DNA of 64,000 nt from Deltaproteobacteria bacterium (GCA_050263095.1 JBLNEW010000071.1:30175-94174), one strand, 5' to 3'. Shown: positions 17,229-27,604, counted from the stretch's first letter. Notes: generated by a model not told the origin, from the letters alone. Translations and numbers: made by a program.

Positions 17229-18098
17229 ATGCTCCGTGTCATCTACAACCCCGTCTCCGGCCCTAAAATCGTATCGAAGATCGACAGGATCCACGCCCTG
17301 CTCGCGGCGCGGGGGATCCGATTCGAGGCGGCGGATACCTCGGGCCCGGGCGACGCCGCGATGCTGGCGAGGGAGGCGGCCCACGCGGGAGCGGAGACGG
17401 TCATGGTGGTCGGCGGCGACGGGACGGTGAACGAGGCGGCCAACGGGCTTGCGGGGAGCCGGACGCGGCTGGCGGTCGTCCCGCACGGCACCGGGAACGT
17501 ATTCGCGCGCGAGGTCGGGCTCCCGGAGACGGTGGAGGGATGCCTCGATCTGCTGGAAAACGGCAGGACGATCGATGTCCCGCTGGCGCGGGCGGATGGC
17601 CGCTACTTCCTGCTGCTCGCTTCCGCGGGATTCGACGCCGAGGTAGTCGAGCGTATGAGCCACCGCCAGAAAAACGTCCTGGGGATCGGCGCATACGTGC
17701 TCGCCGGCATGCGGCACCTGCTTCGCTCCCAGCCCACGCTGTGGATCGAGTTCCCGGGCAGGGAGCGTATCGAGGCCCAGGCCGTAATCCTTTGCCGTGG
17801 GAAGAAATACGGCCTGGTGACCATGGCCCCCGGCGGGAACCTCGAAGGGGATGCCTTTCAGGTCGTCGCCCTGCTCAAGGCCGGACGGACGGCGATCCTT
17901 TTCTTCGCGCTTGACGCGCTTCGCGGCAGGCACGCATCTTCCCCGCACGTCCTCATGCGGGAAGCGCGGTCGGTGCTCGTGCGCTGCCGCGTTCCCTCCG
18001 CCGCGCAGGTCGACGGCGACTACCTGGGCCCTCTGCCGGTGCGCTTCGAAATGACCGATGCCGCGCTCCGGATCGTCGTTCCGCGGGAATACCGCTGA
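17229..18098 (+). CDS. Diacylglycerol-kinase-family lipid kinase (YegS/BmrU type)
   Basis: LRVIYNPVSG...VVGGDGTVNEAANGL...LAVVPHGTGNVFARE motifs. I use the ATG at 17229; the track start is a TTG at 17211. Confidence 0.85.
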   Translation: MLRVIYNPVSGPKIVSKIDRIHALLAARGIRFEAADTSGPGDAAMLAREAAHAGAETVMVVGGDGTVNEAANGLAGSRTRLAVVPHGTGNVFAREVGLPETVEGCLDLLENGRTIDVPLARADGRYFLLLASAGFDAEVVERMSHRQKNVLGIGAYVLAGMRHLLRSQPTLWIEFPGRERIEAQAVILCRGKKYGLVTMAPGGNLEGDAFQVVALLKAGRTAILFFALDALRGRHASSPHVLMREARSVLVRCRVPSAAQVDGDYLGPLPVRFEMTDAALRIVVPREYR

Positions 18099-18103
18099 TC
18101 GCA

Positions 18104-18505
18104 TCACATGGCCGCCTCGCCCGGAAGGCGATTTTCGCTGTAAAGCGGCGAGGATATAAGGAAGTCCGCCGTTCTATGGTTGCAGGCCGTAGGCACATCG
18201 TGGAGGACGGCAAGCCGAAGCAGCGCTTTCACGTCCACATCGTGGGGATGGGTGGACAGCGGATCCCAGAAGAAAATGAGCAGATCCACCTTCCCTTCCG
18301 CGATCATCGCTCCCACCTGGGCGTCGCCGCCTTCGGGTCCGTGCTTCAGGAGGTTGACGGACAGCCCCACGCGGGAGATTATCTCTTCCCCGGTCGACCG
18401 TGTCGCAAAAAGCTCCTCGTGCATCAGGGCATCCCGGTTGAAGTGGACCCACTCGATTATGTCCGACTTCTTTGCGTCGTGCGCGATCAGCGCGATCCTG
18501 TGCAT
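18104..18505 (-). CDS. mgsA: Methylglyoxal synthase
   Basis: IALIAHDAKKSDIIEW...LFATRSTG...GPEGGDAQVGAMIAEGKVDLLIFFWDPLSTHPHDVDVKALLRL is the canonical MgsA sequence pattern. Confidence 0.9.
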   Translation of the reverse strand: MHRIALIAHDAKKSDIIEWVHFNRDALMHEELFATRSTGEEIISRVGLSVNLLKHGPEGGDAQVGAMIAEGKVDLLIFFWDPLSTHPHDVDVKALLRLAVLHDVPTACNHRTADFLISSPLYSENRLPGEAAM

Positions 18506-18690
18506 CGATATTCCTCCGATATCCCTTTATTTTGTATGGATGGCCCCCGTACGGGGTCGGCATGCAACATATGCGCTGTCTACTGTGATGACCGCACCGG
18601 ATGAAAGGGAGCGCATCCGTTAAAAATTATTTCTGCAGGAAATTGAATATAATTAACCAGCCCCGAAGGGCGACGCCGGGGGGAACGCAT

Positions 18691-19380
18691 TTGACCCGCT
18701 CAATCCTGATCGTGGAGGACGAGAAGGAAATCAGGGATCTTTTGGCCCATTACCTGCGCAAGGAGGGATTCCATCCTCTGGTTGCCCGGGACGGCGAAGA
18801 GGGTTTTTCCAGGGCCCGATCGGATAAGCCGGACATGATACTTCTCGACATCCTCCTCCCGAAGATGGACGGGCTCGAACTCTTGAGGAAAATCCGCGCC
18901 GATCGGGATATCGCCCGGACACCGGTTGCGATGCTCACGGCGAAGGGGGACGAGACCGACAGGATCGTGGGCCTGGAGCTTGGCGCCGACGACTATATCC
19001 CCAAGCCGTTCAGCCCGCGCGAGGTCGTGGCCAGGATCAAGGCCATCCTGCGCCGCACCCGGAAGGAGGCGGAAGAAATCGATGAGAAGGTATTGGAGTA
19101 CGGCGGATTGCAGTTGGACGTCGCCCGCCACGAGGTCCGCTTCAAGGGCAAGGCCGTCTCGCTGACATCGAAGGAATTCCGCATCCTCCAGGCGCTCCTT
19201 TCCGCGCCGGGCCGGGTCCTCAGCCGGGAATCGATACTGAAAAAGGTGTGGGGAGAGGGAACGTACGTGATCGACCGCACCGTCGACGTCCACATCGCCA
19301 AGCTCCGCCAGAAGATACCGTTTCTTTCGGATGCGATCGAGACCGTCAAGGATGTCGGGTACAGGCTGCGGGAAGGCTAG
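18691..19380 (+). CDS. phoB: OmpR/PhoB-family response regulator
   Basis: Receiver domain (ILIVEDEKEIRDLL...DMILLDILLPKMDG...MLTAKG) plus a winged-helix domain (LTSKEFRILQALL...VDVHIAKLRQK). Directly upstream of phoR and pstSCAB-phoU. I place the start at the TTG at 18691; the track ATG at 18601 adds a non-homologous leader. Confidence 0.85.
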   Translation: MTRSILIVEDEKEIRDLLAHYLRKEGFHPLVARDGEEGFSRARSDKPDMILLDILLPKMDGLELLRKIRADRDIARTPVAMLTAKGDETDRIVGLELGADDYIPKPFSPREVVARIKAILRRTRKEAEEIDEKVLEYGGLQLDVARHEVRFKGKAVSLTSKEFRILQALLSAPGRVLSRESILKKVWGEGTYVIDRTVDVHIAKLRQKIPFLSDAIETVKDVGYRLREG

Positions 19381-19386
19381 CACCGG

Positions 19387-21168
19387 ATGCGTGCCCGGAT
19401 CTCCATCGCGACCAAGTTCTTCCTCACATATTTCGTGATCACCGGCGCGGCGCTGGCATTCGCGGGAATCGCGGGATACCTCCAGTTCCGGAAATACGCG
19501 GCGGACGAGGTCGACGGGAACCTCCAGCGGCAGGCGCGCCTCGTATCGGAAATATTCCGCCCCTTCCTTGATTCGCCGAATCCCGACCGGGCGAAGATCG
19601 CCAGGGAGGGCGATCGCGTAGGCAAGGACCTGGAAATACGGCTGACCATCATCCTCCCCGACGGAACGGTGGCGGCCGATTCGATTGTCGGGGCGTCCGG
19701 GCTCGCCGGGATGGAAAACCACGCGACCCGGCCCGAGGTCCAGGCGGCGCTTTCCGGCGAAACCGGCGTTTCCCTGCGCCGCAGCATCACGGTGAGGGAA
19801 GAGGAGCGGTACCTCGCGATCCCGATCCTCTCCGGCGGGCGCGTCGTCGGGGTCGCCCGGACCTCCATTCCGGTCACAATGCTTTCCATGCGGCTGCGCC
19901 GGATAGGCGTCATCACCTGGGGGACGGGGATCGCGGCGTTCCTGCTGATGCTCGCGGGCACCGCGATCCGGGCGAAGCACGTGACCGGTCCGCTCGAAGA
20001 AATGACTGCGGCGGCCCGGGAGCTGGCGTCCGGAAATTTCGGAAAGCGCGTCAACGTCAAGACGGGCGACGAGCTGGAAGAGCTGGGGGCGGCGCTGGAC
20101 CTGACTGCGTCCCGTCTCGAGCAGACCATCTCCCAGCTCGAGGCCGAGAAAGCGCGCCTTGCCACGCTCCTCGAGAACCTCGCCGAAGGGGTTGTCGTAA
20201 TCGCGGACAACCGGACTATACGGATGATGAACCGCGAAGCCGTCAAGATCCTCGGCGCGGCCGACGCGCCGGCCGAAGGACGCCCGGTCGCCGAAGCGAT
20301 CCGGCATCCGGAGGCGCTCGCGTTCATCGGCAGCTGCAGAAGGGGGGAAAATCCGCCTCCGAGAGAAGCGTTCATACCATCCCGTACGGGCGACAGGACG
20401 GTGCGGCTTGCCGGGACCACGGTCCGGTATGCGGCTTCACCCGGAACCGATCTTCTGCTTACCCTCCAGGACGTAACCGAGGAAAAACGCATGGCAAGGG
20501 TGAAGAGCGACTTCGTCTCCAACGCGTCCCACGAGCTGCGAACCCCCCTGACGAACATCCGGGGCTACCTGGAAGCGATGGAGGATGCGTTAAAGGAGGG
20601 AGCCCCTGTCGATCCTTCCTTTCTTTCGATCGCATGCGCGAACGCGTTACGGATGGATCGGCTTATCGAGGACCTGCTGGAACTCTCCCGGGCGGAATCG
20701 GGACAGTCGCCCCTGGAAATCGAAGAGATCCCTCTGCCGGCGTTTCTGGATCGCGTCGCCGTCCTCCACAGGCCTGCGGCCGAGCATGCGGGAAAAACCC
20801 TGACAGTTCATGGTGAAGACGCAACCCTTCGCGCGGATGTGCGCAAGCTGACGCTTGCCGTTTCGAACCTGCTGGACAACGCCGTCAAGTACGGAAGGGA
20901 GGACGGACGGATAATGCTGTCCGGGAAAATGGCGGAAGGGACCTGCATCATCGAGGTCGCCGACGACGGTCCGGGGATCCCGCCGGAACACCTCCCCAGG
21001 ATCTTCGAGCGATTCTACCGGGTGGACCAGGGGAGGTCCCGCGACCTGGGGGGTACCGGCCTCGGTCTGTCCATCGCGAAGCACATCGTCGAGTCCCACC
21101 GTGGAACGATCAGGGCGGAAAGCCGCCTGGGAGTCGGCACCAGGTTCCTTATTCGTATCCCTTCGTAA
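19387..21168 (+). CDS. phoR: Phosphate-regulon sensor histidine kinase (TM-HAMP-PAS-HisKA-HATPase)
   Basis: H-box SNASHELRTPLT, N-box LLDNAVKYG and G-boxes DDGPGIP/GGTGLGLSI. Two TM segments flank a periplasmic loop. Confidence 0.85.
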   Translation: MRARISIATKFFLTYFVITGAALAFAGIAGYLQFRKYAADEVDGNLQRQARLVSEIFRPFLDSPNPDRAKIAREGDRVGKDLEIRLTIILPDGTVAADSIVGASGLAGMENHATRPEVQAALSGETGVSLRRSITVREEERYLAIPILSGGRVVGVARTSIPVTMLSMRLRRIGVITWGTGIAAFLLMLAGTAIRAKHVTGPLEEMTAAARELASGNFGKRVNVKTGDELEELGAALDLTASRLEQTISQLEAEKARLATLLENLAEGVVVIADNRTIRMMNREAVKILGAADAPAEGRPVAEAIRHPEALAFIGSCRRGENPPPREAFIPSRTGDRTVRLAGTTVRYAASPGTDLLLTLQDVTEEKRMARVKSDFVSNASHELRTPLTNIRGYLEAMEDALKEGAPVDPSFLSIACANALRMDRLIEDLLELSRAESGQSPLEIEEIPLPAFLDRVAVLHRPAAEHAGKTLTVHGEDATLRADVRKLTLAVSNLLDNAVKYGREDGRIMLSGKMAEGTCIIEVADDGPGIPPEHLPRIFERFYRVDQGRSRDLGGTGLGLSIAKHIVESHRGTIRAESRLGVGTRFLIRIPS

Positions 21169-21185
21169 TCGCAGAATAAATTTTC

Positions 21186-21202
21186 TTAACACGAACTTAA
21201 CG
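21186..21202 (+). promoter_or_regulatory. Pho-box-like direct repeat (TTAACA-N5-TTAACG)
   Basis: Two hexamers with an 11-bp period lie about 80 nt upstream of the pstS ATG. They resemble TT(A/T/C)ACA PhoP/PhoB half-sites. Confidence 0.45.
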
Positions 21203-21281
21203 CATCCCTCACCTCACCTTGATATACATTCCGGAGAATTCCTCCATTATCTTCGGACAAACGAGAAGGAGGATCGGCAGG

Positions 21282-22337
21282 ATGAGAAAAGGGATCGAAA
21301 GCCGGATCGTTATCGCCCTGGCCGTACTGGCTATCGCGTGGGCGCTGCCTTCGGCGGCGGCAAACCAGCTTACGATAACAGGCGCCGGGGCAACCTTCCC
21401 CTATCCGCTGTATTCCAAGTGGTTCTACGAGTATTCCAACTCCCACCCCGGCCTCAAATTCAATTACCAGTCGATCGGTTCCGGCGGCGGAGTCAAGCAG
21501 ATCACCGCGGGAACCGTCGACTTCGGCGCCAGCGACGCCCCCATGAACGAGGATGAGCTTGCCAAGCTTCCCGGCCCCATCTTCCACATACCCACGGCAA
21601 TCGGCGCGGTGGCGGTCGTCTACAATCTTCAGGGGGTCGGAAGCGGCCTCAAGCTTTCCCAGGATGTCCTTGTCGACATCTACTTCGGGAAAATCACGAG
21701 GTGGAACGATCCGCGGATCGTTTCCCTGAATCCCGGCGTCAAACTTCCGGGGACGAACATCGTGGTCGCCCACCGGTCGGACGGCTCCGGGACCACGGAC
21801 ATCTTCACCAATTATCTTTCCGCCGTCAGCACCGAATGGAGAGCGAAAATCGGAAGGGGGAAATCGGTCAACTGGCCCGTCGGCCTCGGGGGAAAAGGCA
21901 ACGAGGGCGTCGCGGGGGTGGTCAAGCAGACCCCCGGCGCAATCGGATACGTCGAGCTTGCCTACGCCATGCAAAACAAGATGACGGCGGCAGCCCTTCG
22001 GAACAAGGATGGTAATTTCGTGCTTCCGACGCTCGATTCGACCTCCGCCGCGGCGGCCGGAGCGGCGAAAACCATGCCCGCGGATTTCAGGTTGACCCTG
22101 GTCGACGCCCCGGGGAAGGATTCGTACGGAATCTGCGGCCTGACCTGGCTTCTCGTCTACAAGAACCAGCGGGACGAGGCGAAGGGAAGGGCGATCGTGT
22201 CCTTCCTCAAATGGGCGATCCGCGACGGCCAGAAGATGAACGCACCGCTGCTCTACGCCCCGATCCCGAAGCCGGTCGTGGAAATGGTCGACAAGACGAT
22301 TCGACAGATCAACTTCAAGGGGAAGAGCCTCTATTAA
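21282..22337 (+). CDS. pstS: Phosphate ABC transporter substrate-binding protein
   Basis: Signal peptide, then ITGAGATFPYPLYSKWF...YQSIGSGGG...FGASDAPM motifs. I use the ATG at 21282, which is preceded by GAAGGAGG. Confidence 0.9.
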   Translation: MRKGIESRIVIALAVLAIAWALPSAAANQLTITGAGATFPYPLYSKWFYEYSNSHPGLKFNYQSIGSGGGVKQITAGTVDFGASDAPMNEDELAKLPGPIFHIPTAIGAVAVVYNLQGVGSGLKLSQDVLVDIYFGKITRWNDPRIVSLNPGVKLPGTNIVVAHRSDGSGTTDIFTNYLSAVSTEWRAKIGRGKSVNWPVGLGGKGNEGVAGVVKQTPGAIGYVELAYAMQNKMTAAALRNKDGNFVLPTLDSTSAAAAGAAKTMPADFRLTLVDAPGKDSYGICGLTWLLVYKNQRDEAKGRAIVSFLKWAIRDGQKMNAPLLYAPIPKPVVEMVDKTIRQINFKGKSLY

Positions 22338-22430
22338 AGGCGCGGGCTCTTTCGCGGCATGCCGTAAAGGGGGGATATCCCCCCTTTTTCATCTTCGATC
22401 TTCACTGCCGGGTGAGGAGGGTTCGCCCGC

Positions 22431-23363
22431 ATGATCCGCAAGGCCTGGGACAACCCGAAAGACATACTCTTCGAAAAGACCACCGCCCTGTTCGCATTCG
22501 GCGTCCTGTTCCTTGCCGTCCTGCTGTTCGCCATCCTGGTGCGGGAATCGCTGCCGGCGATCCGGAAATTCGGCGCGTCGTTCCTCGTGACGAAAACGTG
22601 GGACCCGGTGGCGGAGAATTTCGGTGCGCTCACGTTCGTCTACGGAACCATCGTCTCCTCCTTCATCGCGCTGCTGCTCGCGGTCCCGCTGGCCGTGGGG
22701 TCCGCGATCTTCATCAACGAGTTCGCGCCGGAATGGATGAAGACGCCGGTGGCGTTCCTCTCCGAGCTTCTTGCGGCGATACCGAGCGTCATCTACGGGC
22801 TCTGGGGGATCTTCGTCCTGGTCCCGGTGCTGCGGGACATCCTGATGAATCCGGTCGCGAAATACCTCGGCTGGATCCCCCTATTCAAGGGACCGGTCTA
22901 CGGGCCCAGCATGCTGGCCGCGGGCGTTCTGCTGTCGATCATGATCATCCCCTTCATTCTCTCGGTCAGCCGGGAGGTCCTCGCCACCGTCCCTCGGATC
23001 CAGAAAGAGGCCGTCCTCTCGCTGGGGGGGACCCATTGGGAGATGATCCGGATCGTCATCGGCCAGCACTGCATTCCCGGGATATTCGGAGCCACGATCC
23101 TCGGACTGGGGAGGGCGCTCGGGGAAACGATGGCGGTCACCATGGTGATCGGGAACCGGCCCGACATCATACTGTCGATCTTCCAGCCCGGATACTCCAT
23201 GGCCGCGGTGATCGCCAACGAGTTCACCGAGGCGACCGGCGACCTGTACCTGTCGGCGCTGGTGGAGATCGGCCTGGTTCTGTTCCTGTTGACGTTCGTC
23301 GTGAACCTGGCGGCGAAGTGGATCTTGAAGACCATGGTGTCCCGCGCCTCCAGGGGGATATGA
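22431..23363 (+). CDS. pstC: Phosphate ABC transporter permease PstC
   Basis: Polytopic membrane protein with the EAVLSLGGTHWEMI (EAA-loop) motif. Gene order pstS-C-A-B. Confidence 0.9.
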   Translation: MIRKAWDNPKDILFEKTTALFAFGVLFLAVLLFAILVRESLPAIRKFGASFLVTKTWDPVAENFGALTFVYGTIVSSFIALLLAVPLAVGSAIFINEFAPEWMKTPVAFLSELLAAIPSVIYGLWGIFVLVPVLRDILMNPVAKYLGWIPLFKGPVYGPSMLAAGVLLSIMIIPFILSVSREVLATVPRIQKEAVLSLGGTHWEMIRIVIGQHCIPGIFGATILGLGRALGETMAVTMVIGNRPDIILSIFQPGYSMAAVIANEFTEATGDLYLSALVEIGLVLFLLTFVVNLAAKWILKTMVSRASRGI

Positions 23364-23367
23364 GGAT

Positions 23368-24204
23368 ATGGACACGATCGCATATCGCCGCCGGGCCGCC
23401 GACAGGGCATCCAGGGCGCTGTTCGCCCTTTCCGCCCTGCTGGTGATCCTGCCCCTCTTTCTCATCTTCTTCGACCTCCTCTGGAAGGGGGCAAGGGAGC
23501 TCAAGTGGTCGCTTCTGACAGACCTCCCCCATCCGGTCGGCGAGCCTGGAGGTGGGATAGCGAACGGCATCCTTGGAACGCTTACGATCGCGGGACTCGC
23601 CATGGCGGGGGGCATCCCCCTTGCCGTCATGAGCGGCATATACCTCGCCGAGTACGGCAGGGGGAAATTCGCGGCCACCGTGCGGTTCGCGGTTGATACG
23701 CTTTCCGGCGTGCCTTCCATCATCATGGGAATCTTCGGATACGTCCTGTGGGTCCTCCCCATGAAGCGGTTCTCGGCATGGGCGGGCGCGGCCGCGCTGG
23801 CCATGATATTCATTCCCGTCGTGGTCCGGACGACGGAGGAGATGCTGCGGACGGTCCCGCAATCGGTGCGGGAGGCGGCGCTGGCGCTCGGGATCGAGCG
23901 ATGGAAGACGACGCTCTTCATTACGGTCCGGACCGCCACGGCGGGCATCGTCACCGGCATCCTGCTGGCGATGGCGCGGATCGTCGGCGAGACCGCCCCG
24001 CTTCTGTTCACCGCCCTGGGAAACCAGTTCTGGCAGGCGGGGCTCGACCAGCCGATCGCCGCGGTCCCGCTCCAGGTGTTCAATTACGCGATCTCCCCGT
24101 ACGACGACTGGCACGACAAGGCATGGGCCGGCGCGGTCGTCCTGATCGGGATGGTCCTGATCATCAGCGCCGGGGCGCGGTACTTCACGAGAGTGCGAAA
24201 ATAG
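23368..24204 (+). CDS. pstA: Phosphate ABC transporter permease PstA
   Basis: [16 protein letters not shown]-loop, six TM segments, operon position. Confidence 0.9.
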   Translation: MDTIAYRRRAADRASRALFALSALLVILPLFLIFFDLLWKGARELKWSLLTDLPHPVGEPGGGIANGILGTLTIAGLAMAGGIPLAVMSGIYLAEYGRGKFAATVRFAVDTLSGVPSIIMGIFGYVLWVLPMKRFSAWAGAAALAMIFIPVVVRTTEEMLRTVPQSVREAALALGIERWKTTLFITVRTATAGIVTGILLAMARIVGETAPLLFTALGNQFWQAGLDQPIAAVPLQVFNYAISPYDDWHDKAWAGAVVLIGMVLIISAGARYFTRVRK

Positions 24205-24220
24205 GAGGAAGGGATCGGCG

Positions 24221-24982
24221 ATGGAAAACGCATTGAAAGTGAAAGAGCTCTGCGCATGGTTCGGGGACCACCAGGTGCTGAAAAACATCACGATGGACGT
24301 ACGCAGGAACTCCGTCACTTCGGTCATGGGCCCCTCGGGATGCGGCAAGAGCACATTCATACGCTGCCTGAACAGGATGCACGACCTGACTCCCGGTTTT
24401 CGGGTCTCCGGGGACGTCATCTTCGATGGACGGAACATATACTCCGAGAAGATCGACCCGGTGCTCCTGCGGCGGAAAGTCGGCATGGTCTTCCAGCAGC
24501 CCAATCCGTTCCCCAGGATGACCGCGTTCGAAAACGTCGCCGTGGGGCTGAAATTCAACGGGAAGAAACGCACACGCTCCGAGATGGCCGACGTGGTGGA
24601 GAAGTCGCTGCGGATGGCCGCGCTCTGGGAGGAGCTGAAGGACCACCTGGACCGGCCGGGGGCCAGCCTCTCGGGCGGGCAGCAGCAGAGGCTGTGCATC
24701 GCGCGGGCGCTCGCCGTCGAACCGGAGGTCCTTCTGATGGACGAGCCCTGTTCCGCATTGGACCCGGTGTCTACAGCCAAGATCGAGGAGCTGATCGAGG
24801 ACCTGAGCGACAAATACTCGATCGTTGTCGTCACCCATAACATGCAGCAGGCCGGACGGATCTCCGATTACGTCGCGTTCTTCCTGATGGGCGACCTGAT
24901 CGAGATGGACAAGGCGGCCAAAATCTTCACGAACCCTTCGGACAAGCGGACCGAGGAGTACATAACCGGACGGTTCGGATAA
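24221..24982 (+). CDS. pstB: Phosphate ABC transporter ATP-binding protein
   Basis: Walker [10 protein letters not shown], signature LSGGQQQRL and Walker B LLMDEP, with PstB-typical flanks. Confidence 0.95.
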   Translation: MENALKVKELCAWFGDHQVLKNITMDVRRNSVTSVMGPSGCGKSTFIRCLNRMHDLTPGFRVSGDVIFDGRNIYSEKIDPVLLRRKVGMVFQQPNPFPRMTAFENVAVGLKFNGKKRTRSEMADVVEKSLRMAALWEELKDHLDRPGASLSGGQQQRLCIARALAVEPEVLLMDEPCSALDPVSTAKIEELIEDLSDKYSIVVVTHNMQQAGRISDYVAFFLMGDLIEMDKAAKIFTNPSDKRTEEYITGRFG

Positions 24983-25003
24983 CATTACTGCCAAGGAGCG
25001 GAA

Positions 25004-25666
25004 ATGAAGAAACATTACCGGGAAGAGCTGGGGAACCTGCGGGAGACGGTCTTGCGGATGGGCGGGCTGATCGAGCAGATGACCCACAGGGCCATCCAGG
25101 CGCTGGTCGAGCGGAAAATAGAGATGCTCGCCGAGGTAAAGGCTATGGAGATCCAGGTCAACCAGCTGCATATCGACATCGACGAGATCTGCCTGGAGAT
25201 GATCGCGCTGCGCCAGCCCACCGCCGCGGACCTCCGGTTCATCGCCGCCGCCATGAAGATAAACACGGACATGGAGAGGATCGGCGACCAGGCGATCAAC
25301 GTCACGGAGCGGGCGGAGCACCTCCTTACGGTTCCCCCCGTCAAGCCGCTGATAGATATCCCGCGGATGGCCGACATCGCAAAGGAGATGCTGCGGGACG
25401 CCCTCGACGCCTTCGTTAACGGGAACGACGAACTGGCATATAACACGATCAAGAAGGACGACCTTGTGGACCAGCTCAAGGACCAGGTCTTCCGGGAGCT
25501 CCTGACCTACATGATGGCCGATCCGACGACCATCCCCCGTGCGCTGGACCTGATCCTGGTCTCCCGGCACCTGGAGCGGATCGCCGACCACGCTACAAAC
25601 ATATGCGAGGACGTGATCTTCATGGTCAAGGGAAAAGACGTCCGCCACAAGGGGCCGCTGGCATGA
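25004..25666 (+). CDS. phoU: Phosphate signalling complex protein PhoU
   Basis: Two PhoU repeats with ERIGDQAINV and ERIADHATNICE motifs. Confidence 0.9.
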   Translation: MKKHYREELGNLRETVLRMGGLIEQMTHRAIQALVERKIEMLAEVKAMEIQVNQLHIDIDEICLEMIALRQPTAADLRFIAAAMKINTDMERIGDQAINVTERAEHLLTVPPVKPLIDIPRMADIAKEMLRDALDAFVNGNDELAYNTIKKDDLVDQLKDQVFRELLTYMMADPTTIPRALDLILVSRHLERIADHATNICEDVIFMVKGKDVRHKGPLA

Positions 25667-25748
25667 CGAGAATTTAGATTTTCATCGGGCGCTTCCTCGC
25701 ATTAATATGTAGGTTCCCGAACCGAAATTCGCAACGCGGAGGTTTTCA

Positions 25749-26753
25749 ATGCGCTACCTGATTCTCGGAAGCGGTCCCGCCGGGATCGCCGCAGCCAAGT
25801 CGGTCCGGAACATGGAGAAGGACGCGGATGTCGTCCTCGCCACCGAAGAGTTCGTCGCGCCGTATCTCCGGCCCTGCCTTCCCGACCTCATCTCCGGGGA
25901 GATGGAGCCCACAGCGATCGCGGATCCGCAGGCGAAAAATCTCGCCGCCGAAAAGATAGAGGTCCGTCAAGGAAAGCGCGCAAAGCGGATCGACGCCGCC
26001 AGGAACAGGATCGCCTTTTCCGACGGGACGGAGGAGACGTACAACTTCCTCCTGATCGCCACCGGGGGGCGGCCGATCCTTCCGCTCGCCTTGATGGGCA
26101 ACGTCGGCTCTTTTCTCATGCTGAACTCCTTCGGGGACGCGCTGCGCATCCGCGCGCGCGCGATGCGCACCGACATCACCGTGGTTTACGGGCCCGGGTA
26201 CCTGGGGATAGAGGCGGCCCGCTCCCTGCGCAAGCTGGGCCAGCAGGTGATCTGGGTCAACCCCGGCCTGCCCAGGTTCGGCAACCCGATCTCGGGCGAG
26301 GTCGAGGCGAAGATAACGGACCAGTTGCGCAAGAAGGGCGTGCAGATCAAGGAAGGGACCGATATCGCCGACGTGATCGATCTGGACGGGAAGACGTTCG
26401 TCGTCTACACGACCGGCGGCGAGGAGATCCGCTGCCAGACCATCGTCGCCGCGACGGAGCGGCTCCCCTCCGTCGGGTTCCTCGAGGGCAGCGGCGTAAA
26501 GGTGGGAACCGGCATCCTGGTTGACGAGTACCTGCGGACCAACGTCTCCAACATATTCGCGGCGGGCGACTGCGCGGAGGTGTTCGACATCAACCGGCGG
26601 GAGAGCCGCATCAACTTCGGATGGCGCAGCGCCCTCAAGCAGGGACAGCTGGCCGGGGAAAACATGGCCGGCGGCGGCAAGCTGTACATCCGGAACACGC
26701 AGGACTACTTCGGGCTGCTCTACGGAACGTCGCTCCTGGAGCGCACCCGGTGA
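25749..26753 (+). CDS. FAD/NAD(P)-dependent pyridine-nucleotide-disulfide-family oxidoreductase (two-domain, short form)
   Basis: YLILGSGPAGIAAA (FAD GxGxxG), a second Rossmann motif VVYGPGYLGIEAA and FAAGDCAE. It lacks the C-terminal dimerisation domain. It may act as a rubredoxin/ferredoxin reductase given the nearby Rd/FprA genes (inference). Confidence 0.7.
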   Translation: MRYLILGSGPAGIAAAKSVRNMEKDADVVLATEEFVAPYLRPCLPDLISGEMEPTAIADPQAKNLAAEKIEVRQGKRAKRIDAARNRIAFSDGTEETYNFLLIATGGRPILPLALMGNVGSFLMLNSFGDALRIRARAMRTDITVVYGPGYLGIEAARSLRKLGQQVIWVNPGLPRFGNPISGEVEAKITDQLRKKGVQIKEGTDIADVIDLDGKTFVVYTTGGEEIRCQTIVAATERLPSVGFLEGSGVKVGTGILVDEYLRTNVSNIFAAGDCAEVFDINRRESRINFGWRSALKQGQLAGENMAGGGKLYIRNTQDYFGLLYGTSLLERTR

Positions 26754-26816
26754 CCGTTCCCCCGGGCTGCGCCGCAGCCTCGTGCAACGCGCGCGTTTAA
26801 CGGAAGCCGGTGCGCG

Positions 26817-27038
26817 TTACGGCCCGGTGTCGATCGCGGGATCGTACGGGCGCGCCTCGCCGGTCGGAACCGGCCACTCTCCGACCGTGAAGCGGAATCC
26901 GCATGATGGGCAGACGAGAATCACCGAGAGGAAGCGCCCCTTCCTCCTGAACGAGACGTGGAACCCCCGTCCCGCACCGCACCGCGGGCAATCGGAAAGT
27001 TCATCCCCGACCCGGACGCTTTCGGGAGCATCGCTCAA
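26817..27038 (-). CDS. Small zinc-ribbon protein (73 aa), translationally coupled to cobO
   Basis: The TTG start (27036-27038) overlaps the cobO TGA stop (27035-27037) as TTGA. Sequence: MSDAPESVRVGDELSDCPRCGAGRGFHVSFRRKGRFLSVILVCPSCGFRFTVGEWPV... (CPRC...CPSC). It is nested in the artefactual 341-aa track ORF 26817..27842. Confidence 0.4.
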   Translation of the reverse strand: MSDAPESVRVGDELSDCPRCGAGRGFHVSFRRKGRFLSVILVCPSCGFRFTVGEWPVPTGEARPYDPAIDTGP

Positions 27039-27604
27039 TAATCGATGCCTTTCTCGGCCTCGATCCCGAGGTCGAAAGGGTGCTTGATGTTCCGCATCTC
27101 CGTGACCAGGTGCGCGCGCCGGATGACTTCTTCGTGCGCGTGGCGCCCGGAAAGGATCAGGTGGACGGACTGCGGCTTCGCCTCGATGAGCGAGATCACG
27201 TCGTCCACGGGGATAAGCCGGAGATGCAGCGCGACGTTTATCTCGTCCAGGATGACGATGTCGTACTTTCCCGAGAGCATCTTTTCGCGCGCCGCCGCAA
27301 GCGCCTCCGCCGCGGCCCTGGAATGCGTCGAGAAGTCCAGCGTGTCGCCCATGATGCCGACGAATCCTTTCCCCATGGGGATCAGCTCGAACTCGGGCGC
27401 AAGCCGCTTCGCGCCGTCCAGCTCGCCGTAGTGCAGCGAGCCTTTTATGAACTGTATCATGACGACGCGCATGCCGTATCCTATCGCGCGCACCGCCATC
27501 CCGAGACACGACGTCGTCTTTCCTTTTCCTTCTCCCGTAAGTACAAGAACCAGCCCATTGCGTGGCTTGTCGGGAATACGCGATTTCTCGAGGCGCAACG
27601 GCAT
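27035..27604 (-). CDS. cobO: Cob(I)yrinic acid a,c-diamide adenosyltransferase
   Basis: GEGKGKTTSCLGMAVRAIGYGMRVVMIQFIKG...ILDEINVAL...LILSGRHA is the canonical CobO/BtuR pattern. Confidence 0.9.
   Translation of the reverse strand: MPLRLEKSRIPDKPRNGLVLVLTGEGKGKTTSCLGMAVRAIGYGMRVVMIQFIKGSLHYGELDGAKRLAPEFELIPMGKGFVGIMGDTLDFSTHSRAAAEALAAAREKMLSGKYDIVILDEINVALHLRLIPVDDVISLIEAKPQSVHLILSGRHAHEEVIRRAHLVTEMRNIKHPFDLGIEAEKGIDY

Noticed and set aside
18700-20307. 535-aa minus-strand ORF. Similar long shadow ORFs: 9332..10933, 24185..25648, 31479..32984, 48055..49554, 50118..51590, 55740..57467, 60126..62012, 62042..63736
   Set aside because: Each is antisense to, or frame-shifted against, a gene with strong family motifs (phoB/phoR, DUF47/NMO, pstB/phoU, the sigma-54 activator, vanZ/rfbB, ugd, capD, uxs, fcl/gmd). 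All are Arg/Pro/Gly-rich, as expected from GC3-rich antisense frames.
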